This document shows, one piece after another, positions 10,055 to 20,906 of a stretch of DNA of 64,000 nt (position 1 is its first letter; every line of letters starts with the position of its first letter). The stretch is from positions 247,701 through 311,700 of the forward strand of contig BLSG01000402.1 of NCBI GenBank assembly GCA_012862495.1. The letters run 5' to 3'. The notes under the pieces are model-generated. The model saw only the letters and a program-made list of their open reading frames with translations. It had not been told where the DNA came from and did no database searches. This stretch comes from Thraustochytrium aureum. Taxonomy: Eukaryota. A program made the position numbers and the translations under genes.

Positions 10055-12642
10055 CTAGCGACGAACGCTTGCCGCGTCTGCGCCGCCCTGCGTGGCCGCC
10101 GCCATGGCGTGGGCGAGCTGGCCGGCGTCCTGGCTCGTCGCTTGCAAGTGGTCGTGCAGCTGGAGCCGCATGAGGTCGCACGCAAGGAAGACAAGCGGAG
10201 CCGCGGTCCCCGAGCCGCCAGCCCCGGCCTCTGGCGCCTGTGCGCTGACTGCGCGCGGATAGCGCTGCGAAAAGTGCGTCAGAACCACAACTTGGGCCCC
10301 CATCTCGCGCCCCGCGAGCAGGGCCTCCCCAGTCGTGCTGTGGCGCTTCCGCACCGCCTGGTCGAGCATGGCGTCGTCAAACGTTGCCTCTTCGCTCTCT
10401 CAAGGCCAAGCCGCCCCAATTTATCGTCAGCGCACAATCAATCGAAAACGCGCGCAGCGCCGAGTGCAAGGCGGTTCAATCGAAATCGCGCGCAGCGCCG
10501 AGTGCAAGAGCGTTTCAGAATTTCAGAATCGGCACCAAGCCACGTCCCAAACTCACCGTGGATAAGCGCCGTATATGCTGCCCACCGAGGCGCGCACAAG
10601 CGACGCCACATTTGGGCGCAAGGCCGCGTGTCGCCCGAGTACACCAGCCATGCGCAGCCACCGAGGCGAAGCGGCACAGGCACCGCGACCGCGAAGGCGT
10701 CGTGACAATGATTGACGCGGCAAGAGATCGCATCGCGCACTACGCGACCGACTGCACCGCACGGGGTGAATGCAAACGGAAGCTCAACCGCAAAAACTTG
10801 CGCGTACTGCTGGAGGAATGCCTGGATGGTGAGCGGCCCTACCACCGCGAGGCGCTCCCCGGCACGGTTGGTCCCCGCAAACTCCTCCAGGATCCGGCCA
10901 AGCCCGCCGTGGTGGTCGAGGTGGTGGTGCGAAACCCACACCCAAGCGAGCCGCGAGACAACCTGCCGCGCTAGCGCAGGGCCAAACAGTCGCATCATTT
11001 GCCCGAAGGCGCCTTCACCCGCGTCGAGTAGAGCGAACCGCTCCATGCGGCCCGCGCTGAGGTCGACGAGGATTGCGCTGCACCCGCGCATCTTGCTCGG
11101 CTTCGCGGCTCCAGTTCCCAGAAACCAGACGGCTGGCGGAAGATCGACACGCGCTCGCTTGGCGCGCGCGCCATTGTCCTCCACGTCCGTATCAAGGTCC
11201 AGCTCGTTGCTGTCTATGCCCAGCGCAGCCTTGGCAGTTGCCTCGGCGCTCGCTAGCTCGGCGCGCTGCAGTGCCGCGGTCGTCTCCCACGCGCGGTTCA
11301 CGACCACTACGATACGAGGCGGGTTGGCTGAACCGGCATGACCCAGCGTCGCAGGTGTTGCTGTGGCAGGTGTTGCTGTGGGCACAACTGGAAATTCCAC
11401 CCTCGTCATCAGCTCCGCGACGACAACATCGAGACTGTCCGCGCCAGGCTCGCCAATGGGGTCCGCGGCGGAGGGCTGGCTGGAGCCTGCTGCGCCGGCG
11501 CCTTCTTCAAGCGCTTCCTCTACCTGCGGCGTTGGGAAGAGGTCCGGGGCGCCGACACGGAGCCGCTTAATCCACCTCAGCGACGAGGGAAAGTGGTCCC
11601 CCCCTGCGCGATGGGAGTTCGAGTAGTGAACGAGCACATGCTTGCAGCGCAACGTGCTCATCCACGCTTGGTACCTCGCATCTTGGACAACCGCCTTTGC
11701 GGCAAGGTGGAAAACGACCTTCATGCTGTGCCCGCAGTTGGCAGGCGGCGCGAAGTGCACGCTGCCGACCAATGTGGGAATAAATTCGGCGCTGGGGCAA
11801 TCCACGACTCCAAGGATGACGCTCGGGCTCAGCTCTGGGTCGGTGACAGGCTCCTTGCCCGAGTAGGCAATCTTCGCCCAGCACCGCACGATGTACGAGA
11901 TCGCAGTGCGGCGTCGCGGCTCGGGCTGCGGAGAGCGCGGCTCGTCACCGTCAAGTTTCCCGCTTCCTTCAGTCTCGCCGCCAACTTGCTCGTCCTCCTC
12001 GTCCTCCTCCTCCTCGTCGTCGTCGTCCTCCTCGTCATCGTCCTCGTCGCTGCTACCGCTGCAACTCGAATCGGCCGGCTTGTCCACGACGCACCAATGA
12101 CAGTACCCTGGCACGGGGCAAGCAGGCGCCGCACTCGCGTCGCTGAGAGTGACCGCGAGCAGCTCAACCACGCCCAGTCGCTCGAACTTCGCGTGGTGAC
12201 ACGTCGGCCGCTCGACTTGAACCGTGTCCACTTCGGGCCAGCGCCGGCGAATAAACTCCTGGAAAGACTCGACGTACCGCTCAATCCCGGCGGGCCCGCG
12301 CACCGCGAGCGCTGGCGACCCCGCGTCAGCAAGTGCAAACTGGAGCCCTGGCACGCCCGCAGCCTTGGCCCCGCCGCCGTCCAGCTGCGTCACCAAGATG
12401 CCGCGCAGCGAGGCCGGCTTGACCCTAAACTGCGCGCACAGCCGCTGCGCGCCTTCCCCAGCGTTGAACAAGAACCTGGCCACCGCCTTGGGCTGCTCCT
12501 CGTCGCGTGCATCGTCGTCACCACGACTGGCCCGTCTGCCATCCCACCACTCGCGGCTCGCCTCCTCCACGCTCAGCAGCACGCTCGCGCACGACCCGAG
12601 CGACCCGCGCGACAGCACGCTCGCGCTCACGGCCGCCTCCAT
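10055..12642 (-). CDS. ELAC2: Ribonuclease Z, long form (tRNA 3' endonuclease); exons 12642-10557 and 10389-10055
   Basis: FLGTGAAKPSKMRG, LDAGEG, SHHHLDH (HxHxDH), YSGDTRPC. Splicing restores HEATF, then HST and LTHFSQRYP. Confidence 0.93.
10390..10556 (-). other. Spliceosomal intron (167 nt) in RNase Z
   Basis: GTGAGT donor, GCTGAC branch point, AAG acceptor; removal rejoins H-E-A-T in frame. Confidence 0.85.
10440..10517. repeat. Two imperfect ~38-bp tandem copies inside the RNase Z intron
   Basis: aatcgaaa(a/t)cgcgcgcagcgccgagtgcaag occurs twice. Confidence 0.85.
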
Positions 12643-12910
12643 CGCGCGTGCGGGCGTTGCGGGTCTGCCGCGGCCGTCGCTGACCGGCCGGCATCCTCGC
12701 CTTCGCGTCCATTTTCGGCCATTTTCGGCCATCCTCGCCAGCGCCGAGCCATCCAGCGCTCGATCCCGCCGGCCTTCGCGCGAGCCGGCTCACNNNNNNN
12801 NNNNNNNNNNNNNNNNNNNNNNNNNNNNNNNNNNNNNNNNNNNNNNNNNNNNNNNNNNNNNNNNNNNNNNNNNNNNNNNNNNNNNNNNNNNNNNNNNNNN
12901 NNNNNNNNNN

Positions 12911-14085
12911 TCGGGTTCGTGATGCTGGAGAGCGACGCCGAGGCGTTTGTGGTCGCGCAGGGTGGAGCGAAACTTGGCGTCAACTTGGCCAAACTTGGGC
13001 CGCTGTACAAGGCTGCGCGAAGGTTGCTGAGCCAAGGGCAGCACCTTGATGCGAGCTCGCTCGTGATCGTGCTGCTTAACGGGGACATGGAGTCGGCGTG
13101 GAACGCGCGCAAGCGGCTCGCCTTGGACGCCGGCGCGCTGGCCCGCGAGTCACGCGTCGCTGGACTCGCCATCAGCAAGCACCTCAAGAGCGCGCCGAGC
13201 TGGGCGCACCGGCGTTGGGCGCTGGTGCGCCAACTCGAAGACCCCAGTGTGGACAAGGACCGCGTCGTCCAGCTTGAGCTCCAGGCCTGCCAGCTTGCGG
13301 CAGCAGCGTACCCGCGCTGCTACAACGCTTGGAGCCACAGAACCGAGGCAGCGCGACACGCGAGCCAAGCCCTGCTCCTGAAAGAACGGGCGACCATGCG
13401 ACGCTGGCTCCACCGGCACGTTTCCGACCACTCGGCAGTGGCGTACCTGGTTCACGTTCTCTCTCTGCTCGGGCCGCGCAAGGAGCTCCTTGCAGCTGAC
13501 ATTCGCTTCGCCGCGGCAATGGTGGTCGCCTACCCGGGCCACGAGGCGCTGTGGCATCTCTGCCGCGCCCTTGCGCACGTGGTCTTTTTTCGCGTGGCAG
13601 ACGAAAGCTGCGCCTGCGCCTGCGCCTTCGTCGCGGCCCTGTCGTCGCTTGGAGAGGGCTGGCGAGACCTTGCCCCGGCCGAGGACGCCGCAGCGGCCTT
13701 TGTTGAGACCTTTGCGCACGGCGATCTAGAAGCCCTTGCAGCGGAGGAGGGCGAGCCCGGCGCGTGGGGCGGCGCTGGAGCCGCCGACCTGGGGGCTGCG
13801 ATTGGGGACCTTGTGCAGCTCGCAATCGCTTGCGACGCAGAGCAGGGTTGCGCGCGGCGCGCGCAGCAGCAACGCGGCGCGCTCGGGTTCATCCTGTATG
13901 CCTGTCGCGCCTTTGCAAAGCAAAGGGGTTCGCTGGAGCCGCTCAAGTCGCAGCTCCTCGGGGCGCCGTTCAAGATGCCTGGCGGGCTCAGTGCGACATC
14001 TTGGGACAGCTGCGGCAAGCTCTGGCGGGAGGCTGCCGCGCTGGCAGTCGCAAGTTGTGTGACTGCAAGTCACGAGGTTGCGTAG
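12911..14085 (+). CDS. PTAR1: Protein prenyltransferase alpha subunit repeat protein (PTAR1-like); 5' end probably in gap
   Basis: PPTA-repeat motifs AWNARKRL, KSAPSWAHRRW, YPRCYNAWSHR, VSDHSA, YPGHEALW. Confidence 0.8.
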
Positions 14086-14194
14086 AGATGGAGTATACAT
14101 GTTGAGGATCTCTAGAGCTTTGACTGCGCCACGAGGCTTTGCTCGAAGCCGGGAGGGGCGCAGTACCGCGCGGCCTTCAGTCTCGAAAAGAGCA

Positions 14195-17095
14195 TCAGAA
14201 GAGCCCGATCAGTTCCTCGCCATACCCGTGGCGCTTGAGCGCAGGGACGCACACGTCGTCGACCATGCCTGGGGGGCCGCAAAGCCCAACAAAGCATTGG
14301 CCGTCCTCGCACGCGGGGATATGGTCTTGGATCATGTCCAGGTCGACGCGGCCTGAAGAAAAGGCCCAGCCGTCGTCCGCAATAGATACAGTGTACCAGA
14401 GTTTGAAGCGCGAGGAGTGGCGCCGAGCAAGCTCGTCGAGCTCTTCCCTCAAGAGGATGTCGTCGGCGCGGCGGTTGGCGTACAATAAGTGAAACACGGT
14501 CGAGTCTGCCTTGTCCTGCAGCGCATGCGAAAGGATACGAAACGCGGGCGTGATGCCTGTCCCGCCACAAATAAAGGCAACGTGGCGGAACTTGCGAGCC
14601 ACGCCTTCCACCACGACGCGCCCGCTGTCGTACGAGATGTGGCCGAGCGGGCCCTTTACAGCCAGAGTGTCGCCCAAGGAAAGACTGTCAAGGAACTGCG
14701 ACATGCGGCCCCCACGAGGGTGCTGAGCGGTGGAGCGGTACACTTTGACGAGCAGGCTAAAGTCGTGTTTGGACTCCTCGACGTCGATGAGCGGGGTGTA
14801 GGCCCGCACCACCGTGCCCTCGCCGGTTTTGCCTTTGACGAGGATGTGCTGCCCCACCGGGAGACCGAGCGTGCGCTCTCCGCGCGCCTCCCGTCGCGGC
14901 GCAACGGCCTGTCGGACCTCGATCGAGGTGGAGGCTGGCTCCGCCTCGGGGTCTTCGTGCAATGCCTGCAATAGCTCCTCTTTGGTTTCCTCGAGTGCTT
15001 CGAGTTCAGTGAGCGAGAGCGTCGAGCTCGAACGCTCAAAGGCTAAGAGCTTGCTCAGCGTGGCGCGGTTGACATTGTCCGGGGGCGAAAAGCGCAGCAG
15101 GATCGTGTTGTGGTTGAGCACCGTTTTGCGCGTGAGCATAAAGTCCACGTAGCGACGTTGGTCCAGCCACGCCCTGGCCGGCGCCGGCGCCGCGACCGTG
15201 CCGCTCGCGGCGTACCCGATCACTAGCTCTGCCTCCGCCTCTGAGTCGAAAAGCCCTTCGTCCTCACCGTCCTCGGGCGCGGCGCTCTCGTCAAGGTCGC
15301 CCACAAAGTACTTGTCGAGCATTTCCCAGGCCTTCGGGGAGTGAATACCCTCAAACTCCTCCGTGCAGTCAGTGCCGCCGCTCATGACAATGCTCGAGAC
15401 CCCGCCTGGGTGGTCGTGAAGAAAGGCAGTGCAGTTGTACACCTTGCCGCGAACAACGATCCAGCAGTCGTCGTCTTTGTCGTGGCGAGCCACTTCGCGC
15501 ATGGAAACCAAGGCCTTGGGCGCCACCGTGGGGGACTTGGTGGCTGCAGCCGGCGCGTGCTCTGGGGCGCTGCCCTGGCGCGCAGAGATTGGCGGCACCA
15601 TCCATGCGTCCTTGTTGTCGAGGCCGGCGCCTTGTGTAGGGTGGACAAAGCGCAGGCACGGTGTGGCGCCGTCTGCCATTAGGCTAGGCCGCAGCTGCAC
15701 CCTAAACCAGCAGTTATTGCCCATTCCCATGAGGTTCCACGTCAGGTTTTGGGGCTGGGTGTTGTTCGCCTCGTCCCAGGCTCGGACCGCCACGACGGTG
15801 GCCCCGACGAGGTCGATCGCGGGGATGTCGAGCTCCCAAAAGACCCAGCACCAGTGCTTGTTGTACCGCGTCGGTCTCTCGGCGGCGATGAGGGTGGCGA
15901 GGCGCCACCTCTGGCCGGCGTCGGTCGTCAGCTCGACGCGCGTGACGCGGCGCCCTCCGCCCGAGTACGCGTAGCCCTTGAATGAGACGAACGGATTTGC
16001 CGCGCCAAGCGGGACGCGCGCGTTGTGGCTCGGGTGGGTGACAGCGCTGTTGATGTTGAGCTCGTTGAAGAGGTAGTTTGAGCGTTTCCACCAGTCGTCG
16101 GCGTCCGCCGTGGCCTTGTCAGGCACCACCGGGGGGAGGATGCGGTTGTCCATGTAGTGGTAGTAGTTGGTGGACTCGCCCAGGCGGACCTCGATGCGGT
16201 CCAGCCACTTGACCGAGCGCCCCCCGATCCAGCCTGGGACGATGAGTCGGACCGGAAATCCGCGATCGGGGTGCAGGACCTGGCCGTTTTGCTGAAAGGC
16301 AAGGATGACGTCGCTGGCCGGGTCCATAACGAGGCCAAGGGGAAGCGAGGTGCCATACTTGCCCATGGGCAGGTCGTCGGCGCCGGTGAACCAGACGTGC
16401 AGGTCGCGGCCCATGCGCCAGGGCTCCATCAATACCGAGCCGTTCGAAGAGTCGGTCAGGTCGCCGTCGTCGGGCTCGTCGCCGTTTTCGAGGTCCCACC
16501 GCAGCCCTGCGCGCCGAAGGACGGTTGAGAGGCGAACACCCGTCCACACTGCAGTGGACGTGGCGCTCGTGTTCCAGCTGAACCCGATGGTCTGGCCGCG
16601 CATGTTCTCCTCCTTTCGCCGGTTGCCGGCGCAAGTGAGGGTGACGGGGATGACCCGGCGGGGCATGGCCTCAATCTCGTCCATGGAGAACGCCCTGTCG
16701 GGGAACAGGCCGCCGCTGGCTACGTAAACTTTGTGCGAGTCGCGGTCGAGCTTCGGCACGGCGCCGTGGTTGCGCGTGTAGTGGAGCGAGTTTGGGGTGA
16801 TGAAGCCGCTGTCCGACACGAGCGGCATCGGGCCTTCGGCGTTGAACGGGTGCGCGCCAGTGAGCCGCGTCATGCTTGGGTGCCGCTCGATCCAGTCGTC
16901 CGGCGTCTTCTTGTCGCGGGGGTCCACGGCGAGACTGCCACAGTGAGGGTCGCTGAGCTGGCCGCCTTTACGCACTAGCTTGACCATCTTGCTGGCGGAG
17001 CGGCGCGCGGTGTCTTGCGTGGCTTGCGGCGACGAGGCGAGCTGGGCCATCGCGTTCGCAACCTGGGGCTGCTGCGGTGCTTGTTGGTCGACCAT
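14195..17095 (-). CDS. NIA: Assimilatory NAD(P)H nitrate reductase (Moco-dimerisation-cyt b5-FAD-NAD(P)H)
   Basis: RNHGAVP, LTCAGNRRKE (Moco Cys), WNLMGMGNN, cyt b5 HPGG/FEGIHS, RAYTP, GGRMSQ, GGTGITP, CGPPGM. Confidence 0.97.
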   Translation of the reverse strand: MVDQQAPQQPQVANAMAQLASSPQATQDTARRSASKMVKLVRKGGQLSDPHCGSLAVDPRDKKTPDDWIERHPSMTRLTGAHPFNAEGPMPLVSDSGFITPNSLHYTRNHGAVPKLDRDSHKVYVASGGLFPDRAFSMDEIEAMPRRVIPVTLTCAGNRRKEENMRGQTIGFSWNTSATSTAVWTGVRLSTVLRRAGLRWDLENGDEPDDGDLTDSSNGSVLMEPWRMGRDLHVWFTGADDLPMGKYGTSLPLGLVMDPASDVILAFQQNGQVLHPDRGFPVRLIVPGWIGGRSVKWLDRIEVRLGESTNYYHYMDNRILPPVVPDKATADADDWWKRSNYLFNELNINSAVTHPSHNARVPLGAANPFVSFKGYAYSGGGRRVTRVELTTDAGQRWRLATLIAAERPTRYNKHWCWVFWELDIPAIDLVGATVVAVRAWDEANNTQPQNLTWNLMGMGNNCWFRVQLRPSLMADGATPCLRFVHPTQGAGLDNKDAWMVPPISARQGSAPEHAPAAATKSPTVAPKALVSMREVARHDKDDDCWIVVRGKVYNCTAFLHDHPGGVSSIVMSGGTDCTEEFEGIHSPKAWEMLDKYFVGDLDESAAPEDGEDEGLFDSEAEAELVIGYAASGTVAAPAPARAWLDQRRYVDFMLTRKTVLNHNTILLRFSPPDNVNRATLSKLLAFERSSSTLSLTELEALEETKEELLQALHEDPEAEPASTSIEVRQAVAPRREARGERTLGLPVGQHILVKGKTGEGTVVRAYTPLIDVEESKHDFSLLVKVYRSTAQHPRGGRMSQFLDSLSLGDTLAVKGPLGHISYDSGRVVVEGVARKFRHVAFICGGTGITPAFRILSHALQDKADSTVFHLLYANRRADDILLREELDELARRHSSRFKLWYTVSIADDGWAFSSGRVDLDMIQDHIPACEDGQCFVGLCGPPGMVDDVCVPALKRHGYGEELIGLF

Positions 17096-18066
17096 GCTGT
17101 GCGGCCGCGGTTTGGCGGGCGGTTGCTCGGGTCGGCGAGCGCGTCTTTAGGTATCTGGCAAGCAAAGCTGCTGCCTGTCTGCGCGGCCCCGGTATGGGCC
17201 TTGTGCGGGCGGCTTGGCCCGATGCGCCTGGCCCTGCTTGAAGCGCCAACTTGCCAAAGCGGTGTGGTGGAGGTGGGGCAGAACCAGCTCGGGGCCGTCG
17301 ACGAGGGCCTTTACTTCGGGGTTTTGCAGACGCAGTCACGCGATGGATAAGCGGGCTCGGGCTGGCGCCTCGGAGAGCTGCCGGATGCAATGGCCCCCTC
17401 TTTTCCTCTCTGCTGCCGAGCGATCGACCGTCTGCGGCGCGCGGTCATCAGTGAGCCGCCTAGCCTACGTGCGATCGACGGTGTTTGGGAGCATCTCGCA
17501 CTGTTAGACCTCGAGCTCTGCTGGGCCTTTTGGTGCCACCAGGCGTCGCCTGCAGAGTGCCTGCCGCCTCCCCGCACGTCAAGAGATCAAGTTGANNNNN
17601 NNNNNNNNNNNNNNNNNNNNNNNNNNNNNNNNNNNNNNNNNNNNNNNNNNNNNNNNNNNNNNNNNNNNNNNNNNNNNNNNNNNNNNNNNNNNNNNNNNNN
17701 NNNNNNNNNNNNNNNNNNNNNNNNNNNNNNNNNNNNNNNNNNNNNNNNNNNNNNNNNNNNNNNNNNNNNNNNNNNNCTCCTACGGCAAGGGGAGAGACCC
17801 CCGCAGCATCAACGCCATCCGCCCTCCATCAGCAGCAAATCAGGAAGGAAGCGAGCACTTGCGTATCGTCATGGTCGACGATGACCACGTCGACCACGTC
17901 GACATCAACTCGGCAAGTCCTCTCTCGTCCTCGCCGCCGACTCGAAGCAGCCGAGAGGCTCTCTGGTGACGAGAGGAAAGGCGCCTCCTGGACCCAAAGA
18001 GTAGGTACCGCAACGTGGAAGAGAAGAAGGATTTTTTTTTTAAAATTTTGTAAAAGGTGATGGGTC

Positions 18067-20118
18067 TCACTGGTTGGGGTCCTCGACGAGCTTTTCGTCG
18101 AGGTTGAGCTCCTTGCCCATGATGGAGCGGTAGATGCGCATGATGTCGAGCGCCGCGCTCTCAAAGTGCGACGTGGCGTCGAGCGAGCGCGTGACGTAGC
18201 AGCCGGTCTTGGAGCCGTCGTCGACCGGGCCGAACGTGTCCGAAACAGAGTCGAAGCGCTCCTCGATGTCGCCCAGCAGCTCGTGCGCCTGGCGCAACTC
18301 GGCAATCGGGTTGGCGGACTCCACCACGGTCGAGGCGATTGCCAAATAGACGCCCTTGGGGCACACATGCAGGCTCGACCCGAGCGCCGAGACGTACACA
18401 TCGTTGCGCTTGTTGCTGAGGTGCTTGGCTGGAAGAATGATCTGCGCGCTGTCCCCGCTGGTGCCCTTGATCGGGTGGCGCAGCACACAAACGCTCCTGA
18501 CGACCTGGCCCGTCTTGCGCGACATCTGCGGCGGAAAGTAGCTCGAATCGCCAATGATGACTGGGGCCGTCGCGACCTGGTCCCCGACACGGACGCCGCA
18601 GGCGCGGCCGGAGGTCGCGTCGGTGAGAATCTCGTCCACATTGGTGCGAAGCATGATGACAGAGCCGAAAATGGCTCCCAGGCGCGAAAACCCTTCCGGG
18701 AGCGTGCTCAAGCCGTAGTTTGGGAACAGGTAGGGCGAGTTTTGCCCGTAGCGCCCCATGGAGCGCCCGTACAGCTGGCAGGCCATCACCGTGGGCTCCG
18801 CGGGGCGGTCCAGGTACGAGTCGTCAGGCTGGAGCGCCATGGCGTGCCCGATGAAGTTTTGCGTCGTCTCGTCGAGCCCGAACGACTTGTAGAGGTCGCG
18901 CATCGTGCAGGTGAGCAGGTCGTACTTCTGCGAGGCCGAGTCAAAGGCGGGCTTGGAGAAGGTGATCTTGACCGGGCGCGGCGCGCTCACGATGCGCTGC
19001 TGCACGTCCTTGTCGCTCAGCCCCAGCACGGACTCGCCGTTGACGCTCGAGACGTAGTCGCCGACCGCAATCTTGCCCGAGGCCTNNNNNNNNNNNNNNN
19101 NNNNNNNNNNNNNNNNNNNNNNNNNNNNNNNNNNNNNNNNNNNNNNNNNNNNNNNNNNNNNNNNNNNNNNNNNNNNNNNNNNNNNNNNNNNNNNNNNNNN
19201 NNNNNNNNNNNNNNNNNNNNNNNNNNNNNNNNNNNNNNNNNNNNNNNNNNNNNNNNNNNNNNNNNNNNNNNNNNNNNNNNNNNNCACGCTGTAGTAGGCC
19301 ACAACGGCCGCCTTGAACTCTTCCTTGCGAGGTTCCGCCACGCGCTTGGGGCAGCGGCAGGTGCGGATGTAGTCGGCGAACTTGCGCAGGGCGTTTTTCT
19401 GCATGAAGGCGACCAGCGAGCTCGTCAGGGCCTCGCTCGGCGTCACAGGCAGCTTGTAGAGCTTGCCGCTGTTGAAGACGAAGCTGCCCGCGATGCCGTT
19501 AAAGTCGATGTACCGCGTCACGCCGGTCTGGATGAGCATCTTCACCAGCTTGCCGCCCGCCATCAGCAGCTTTGGCGCGGTGTCCACGCAGTAGTCGCGG
19601 CTGCGGCCGAGCCGCGCCTCCGCTGCCGGTTGGTCGAACGTCTTGTTGTGCTTCTCGAACAGCTCCTTCAGGTTTAGCGAGGCGCACGACCCGCCGTAGT
19701 ACGCGTTGCGGTCGATCTGCAGCACGCGCATCCCGCGGACGCTCAGCAGGCCAGCAAGCACGCACTCGCTCAGCCCAGTCGAGAGGATGATCACGTCGTA
19801 CTTGCCATCCGCGAGCGCCTTGAATGTCTTGCCATTCACCGAAACGTCAGGGATCTTGGGCTCTTCGTACCCGCCGTCGTTGCCCTCCGCCTCCACTGCC
19901 GGCGGCAGTTCGGGCGCCGCTGCCTCAGGGGGCGGCACGGGCGGCACGGCTTGCCCGCCTGTCGCGGCGTCCTCAACGGCGTCTTGCGCCACCTGGGGCG
20001 CCGCGGCGTGCCCAGCAGCGTCCTGCGCCACCGGCTCCACGGCGAGCGCCGCGACGCCCGCCTGCGCCTCTTCCACCGTGGTGCCCTCCGGCTGCTGCAG
20101 CGCCAGGTCGTCGGCCAT
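18067..20118 (-). CDS. GDI: Rab GDP dissociation inhibitor with acidic N-extension and internal PDZ-containing insertion (spans an N gap)
   Basis: YDVIILSTGLSECVLAGLLS, IDRNAYYGG, SRDYCVDTAPKLLMAGG, SPYLFPNYG...LPEGFSRL, SLDATSHFE. Confidence 0.92.
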   Translation of the reverse strand: MADDLALQQPEGTTVEEAQAGVAALAVEPVAQDAAGHAAAPQVAQDAVEDAATGGQAVPPVPPPEAAAPELPPAVEAEGNDGGYEEPKIPDVSVNGKTFKALADGKYDVIILSTGLSECVLAGLLSVRGMRVLQIDRNAYYGGSCASLNLKELFEKHNKTFDQPAAEARLGRSRDYCVDTAPKLLMAGGKLVKMLIQTGVTRYIDFNGIAGSFVFNSGKLYKLPVTPSEALTSSLVAFMQKNALRKFADYIRTCRCPKRVAEPRKEEFKAAVVAYYSVXXXXXXXXXXXXXXXXXXXXXXXXXXXXXXXXXXXXXXXXXXXXXXXXXXXXXXXXXXXXXXXXXXXASGKIAVGDYVSSVNGESVLGLSDKDVQQRIVSAPRPVKITFSKPAFDSASQKYDLLTCTMRDLYKSFGLDETTQNFIGHAMALQPDDSYLDRPAEPTVMACQLYGRSMGRYGQNSPYLFPNYGLSTLPEGFSRLGAIFGSVIMLRTNVDEILTDATSGRACGVRVGDQVATAPVIIGDSSYFPPQMSRKTGQVVRSVCVLRHPIKGTSGDSAQIILPAKHLSNKRNDVYVSALGSSLHVCPKGVYLAIASTVVESANPIAELRQAHELLGDIEERFDSVSDTFGPVDDGSKTGCYVTRSLDATSHFESAALDIMRIYRSIMGKELNLDEKLVEDPNQ

Positions 20119-20361
20119 TTTCCTCACCAGGAAGCACGACCGGGATCAGGAGCAGGAGCAGCTCGATCGGTCAGGCGCGCAAGCGCGAAGCAGAGCGAAA
20201 CAGCGCAAAAACCGGGCGGCGGCGCTCCAGCGAAGACCAACGAGCCTAGCGCAGCGGAGAAAACAGCCCTGTATGCGCGCACAGGCCGCGCCACGACGCC
20301 TGCCAGGCTCTGCTCTCCTCCCCAGCTCGCTCAATCGCGCTCTGCTGCAGGATACTCGCGC

Positions 20362-20440
20362 TGACGTCACGCGCCGCCCGCCGCCCCCAGGACCCGGCAA
20401 CGGACAGCCCGGCTGACGTCATGCTGCGCGCCACGTCAGC
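20362..20440. promoter_or_regulatory. Two perfect TGACGTCA (CRE/bZIP-type) palindromes plus an ACGTCA site in the GDI/LETM1 divergent promoter
   Basis: TGACGTCA at 20362 and 20414, ACGTCAGC at 20433. Confidence 0.5.
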
Positions 20441-20906
20441 AGGAGGCAGCGCGGCCGAAGCGTACATCATCACGGTCCGTGGAACGTTCCGCTGCCCCAT
20501 GCACCCGCGGGGCTATGCGAGGAACAAAAGGTACAATTCGGCGGAACAGCGCCGATTAGCGGCTGCTATTCTACTACNNNNNNNNNNNNNNNNNNNNNNN
20601 NNNNNNNNNNNNNNNNNNNNNNNNNNNNNNNNNNNNNNNNNNNNNNNNNNNNNNNNNNNNNNNNNNNNNNNNNNNNNNNNNNNNNNNNNNNNNNNNNNNN
20701 NNNNNNNNNNNNNNNNNNNNNNNNNNNNNNNNNNNNNNNNNNNNNNNNNNNNNNNNNNNNNNNNNNNNNNNNNNNNNNNNNNNNNNNNNNNNNNNNNNNN
20801 NNNNNNNNNNNNNNNNNNNNNNNNNNNNNNNNNNNNNNNNNNNNNNNNNNNNNNNNNNNNNNNNNNNNNNNNNNNNNNNNNNNNNNNNNNNNNNNNNNNN
20901 NNNNNN

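Noticed and set aside
11338..12793. N-terminal half of the 915-aa ORF joined to PTAR1
   Set aside because: Antisense shadow of RNase Z bridged through an N gap
17390..17969. Small gene spanning the gap upstream of nitrate reductase
   Set aside because: No recognisable motif and the centre is unsequenced
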